A stretch of DNA of 64,000 nucleotides, taken from assembly GCA_002753335.1 (NCBI GenBank), contig PEAD01000002.1, forward strand, positions 1 through 64,000. Direction: 5' to 3'. The DNA is from Nitrospirae bacterium MYbin3. GTDB lineage: Bacteria; Nitrospirota; Thermodesulfovibrionia; Thermodesulfovibrionales; Dissulfurispiraceae. The position numbers were made by a program, and so were the translations under genes. Of this stretch, positions 62,937 to 64,000 are shown one piece after another. The notes under the pieces were generated by a model. The model saw nothing but the letters and a program-made list of their open reading frames with translations. It did not search any database and had not been told where the DNA came from. Each line of letters starts with the position of its first letter. Position 1 is the stretch's first letter.

Positions 62937-64000
62937 TTAGACAAGCTCAGGCACCGTCTCACCCTTTAACAGGTCTTTTAAGGTTTCGCGGCTTCTTATC
63001 AGCGCATGTTTACGGCCTTTTACCATAACTTCCGCAACCTTCGGACGGCTGTTGTAATTTGAAGACATGCTGAAACCGTAGGCCCCGGCGCTCATAACAG
63101 CAAGCAGTTCTCCCTTTTTTACTCCGGTTATCTCACGGCCCTTAGCCAGAAAATCTCCTGATTCGCATATTGGACCAACTATATCGGCAGCAATAATCGC
63201 CCGCTTGTTCTTGACGACCGGCTGTATATGATGGTAAGCATCATATAGTGATGGACGCATAAGGTCGTTCATTCCTGCGTCAACTATAACAAATTGCTTA
63301 TCCTGCCCTTCTTTAAGGTAAAGGGTTTTTGTCAGGAGTATTCCGGCGTTGCCCACAATAGACCTGCCCGGTTCCAGAACAACAGTAAGGTCTCTTTCTT
63401 TTAAAAGCGGCAGAAGGCTCTTTGCGAGCTGGGAGGGATGAGGAGGGACTTCATCCCTGTAAGTGATTCCCAACCCTCCGCCTATGTCGAGATTTCTTAT
63501 ACGTATCCCGTTTTTCTGCAGCTCGTCCACCAGCAGAAGAATCCGCTTGAGCGCATCAACAAAAGGCGAAATCTTCGTAAGCTGCGACCCGATATGCTTA
63601 TGTATTCCGACTGTTTCTATATTTTTAAATTTGTGTGCGAGTTTGTAATGGACAAGTGCGTTTTCTATAGGTATCCCAAATTTGTGTTTTTTGAGGCCTG
63701 TTGAAATGTATGGATGAGTTTCTGCGTCAATGTCCGGATTGATTCGCAGGGCAATCGGGGCCTTGACCCGCATGTTTCCGGCAACTCTGTCTATTTCGTT
63801 AAGTTCATCGCCTGATTCAACATTGAACATAAGTATCTTATTTTTAAGCGCATAGCGAATCTCTTCCTCGGTCTTTCCCACCCCTGCGTAAACAATTTTA
63901 TTTGCTGGGATTCCGGCTTTCAGCGCTCTATACAGTTCTCCGCCCGAAACCACGTCTGCACCGCCGCCGTGCTTTCCGAAGAGATTTAGTATCGCAAGAT
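62937..64000 (-). CDS. lysA: Diaminopimelate decarboxylase (5' end outside window)
   Basis: HIGSQ, EPGRSIV, GPICESGD and SSNYN motifs. Confidence 0.96.
   Translation of the reverse strand, partial: LAILNLFGKHGGGADVVSGGELYRALKAGIPANKIVYAGVGKTEEEIRYALKNKILMFNVESGDELNEIDRVAGNMRVKAPIALRINPDIDAETHPYISTGLKKHKFGIPIENALVHYKLAHKFKNIETVGIHKHIGSQLTKISPFVDALKRILLLVDELQKNGIRIRNLDIGGGLGITYRDEVPPHPSQLAKSLLPLLKERDLTVVLEPGRSIVGNAGILLTKTLYLKEGQDKQFVIVDAGMNDLMRPSLYDAYHHIQPVVKNKRAIIAADIVGPICESGDFLAKGREITGVKKGELLAVMSAGAYGFSMSSNYNSRPKVAEVMVKGRKHALIRSRETLKDLLKGETVPELV

Overview
Core-chromosome window from an anaerobic Gram-negative bacterium. The gene content suggests Nitrospirota/Thermodesulfovibrionia or a deltaproteobacterium-like lineage (inference only): multiheme cytochromes, split atp operon, thyX, paaK/iorB and sigma-54 systems. 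The left 1.7 kb is a decayed, apparently tandem integrative-element array at tRNA-Glu carrying a BrnT/BrnA toxin-antitoxin pair. The rest holds an Hsp20-ino1-PIP synthase-hypAB-tadA operon, a ZraP/ZraSR-like sigma-54 locus interrupted by an atypical fumC, and duplicated paaK-ACT modules. It also holds c-di-GMP genes, pilB with a degenerate pilT, the F1 atp operon, a HAMP-heptaheme cytochrome-HAMP module, five tRNAs and his/dap/lys genes. The strongest candidates for undescribed biology are a CbrX-CbrA-CbrB-like system with an unannotated 57-aa membrane ORF, the output-less HAMP/cytochrome module, and a recurrent leaderless-promoter architecture. All calls come from motif reading; no database searches were run.
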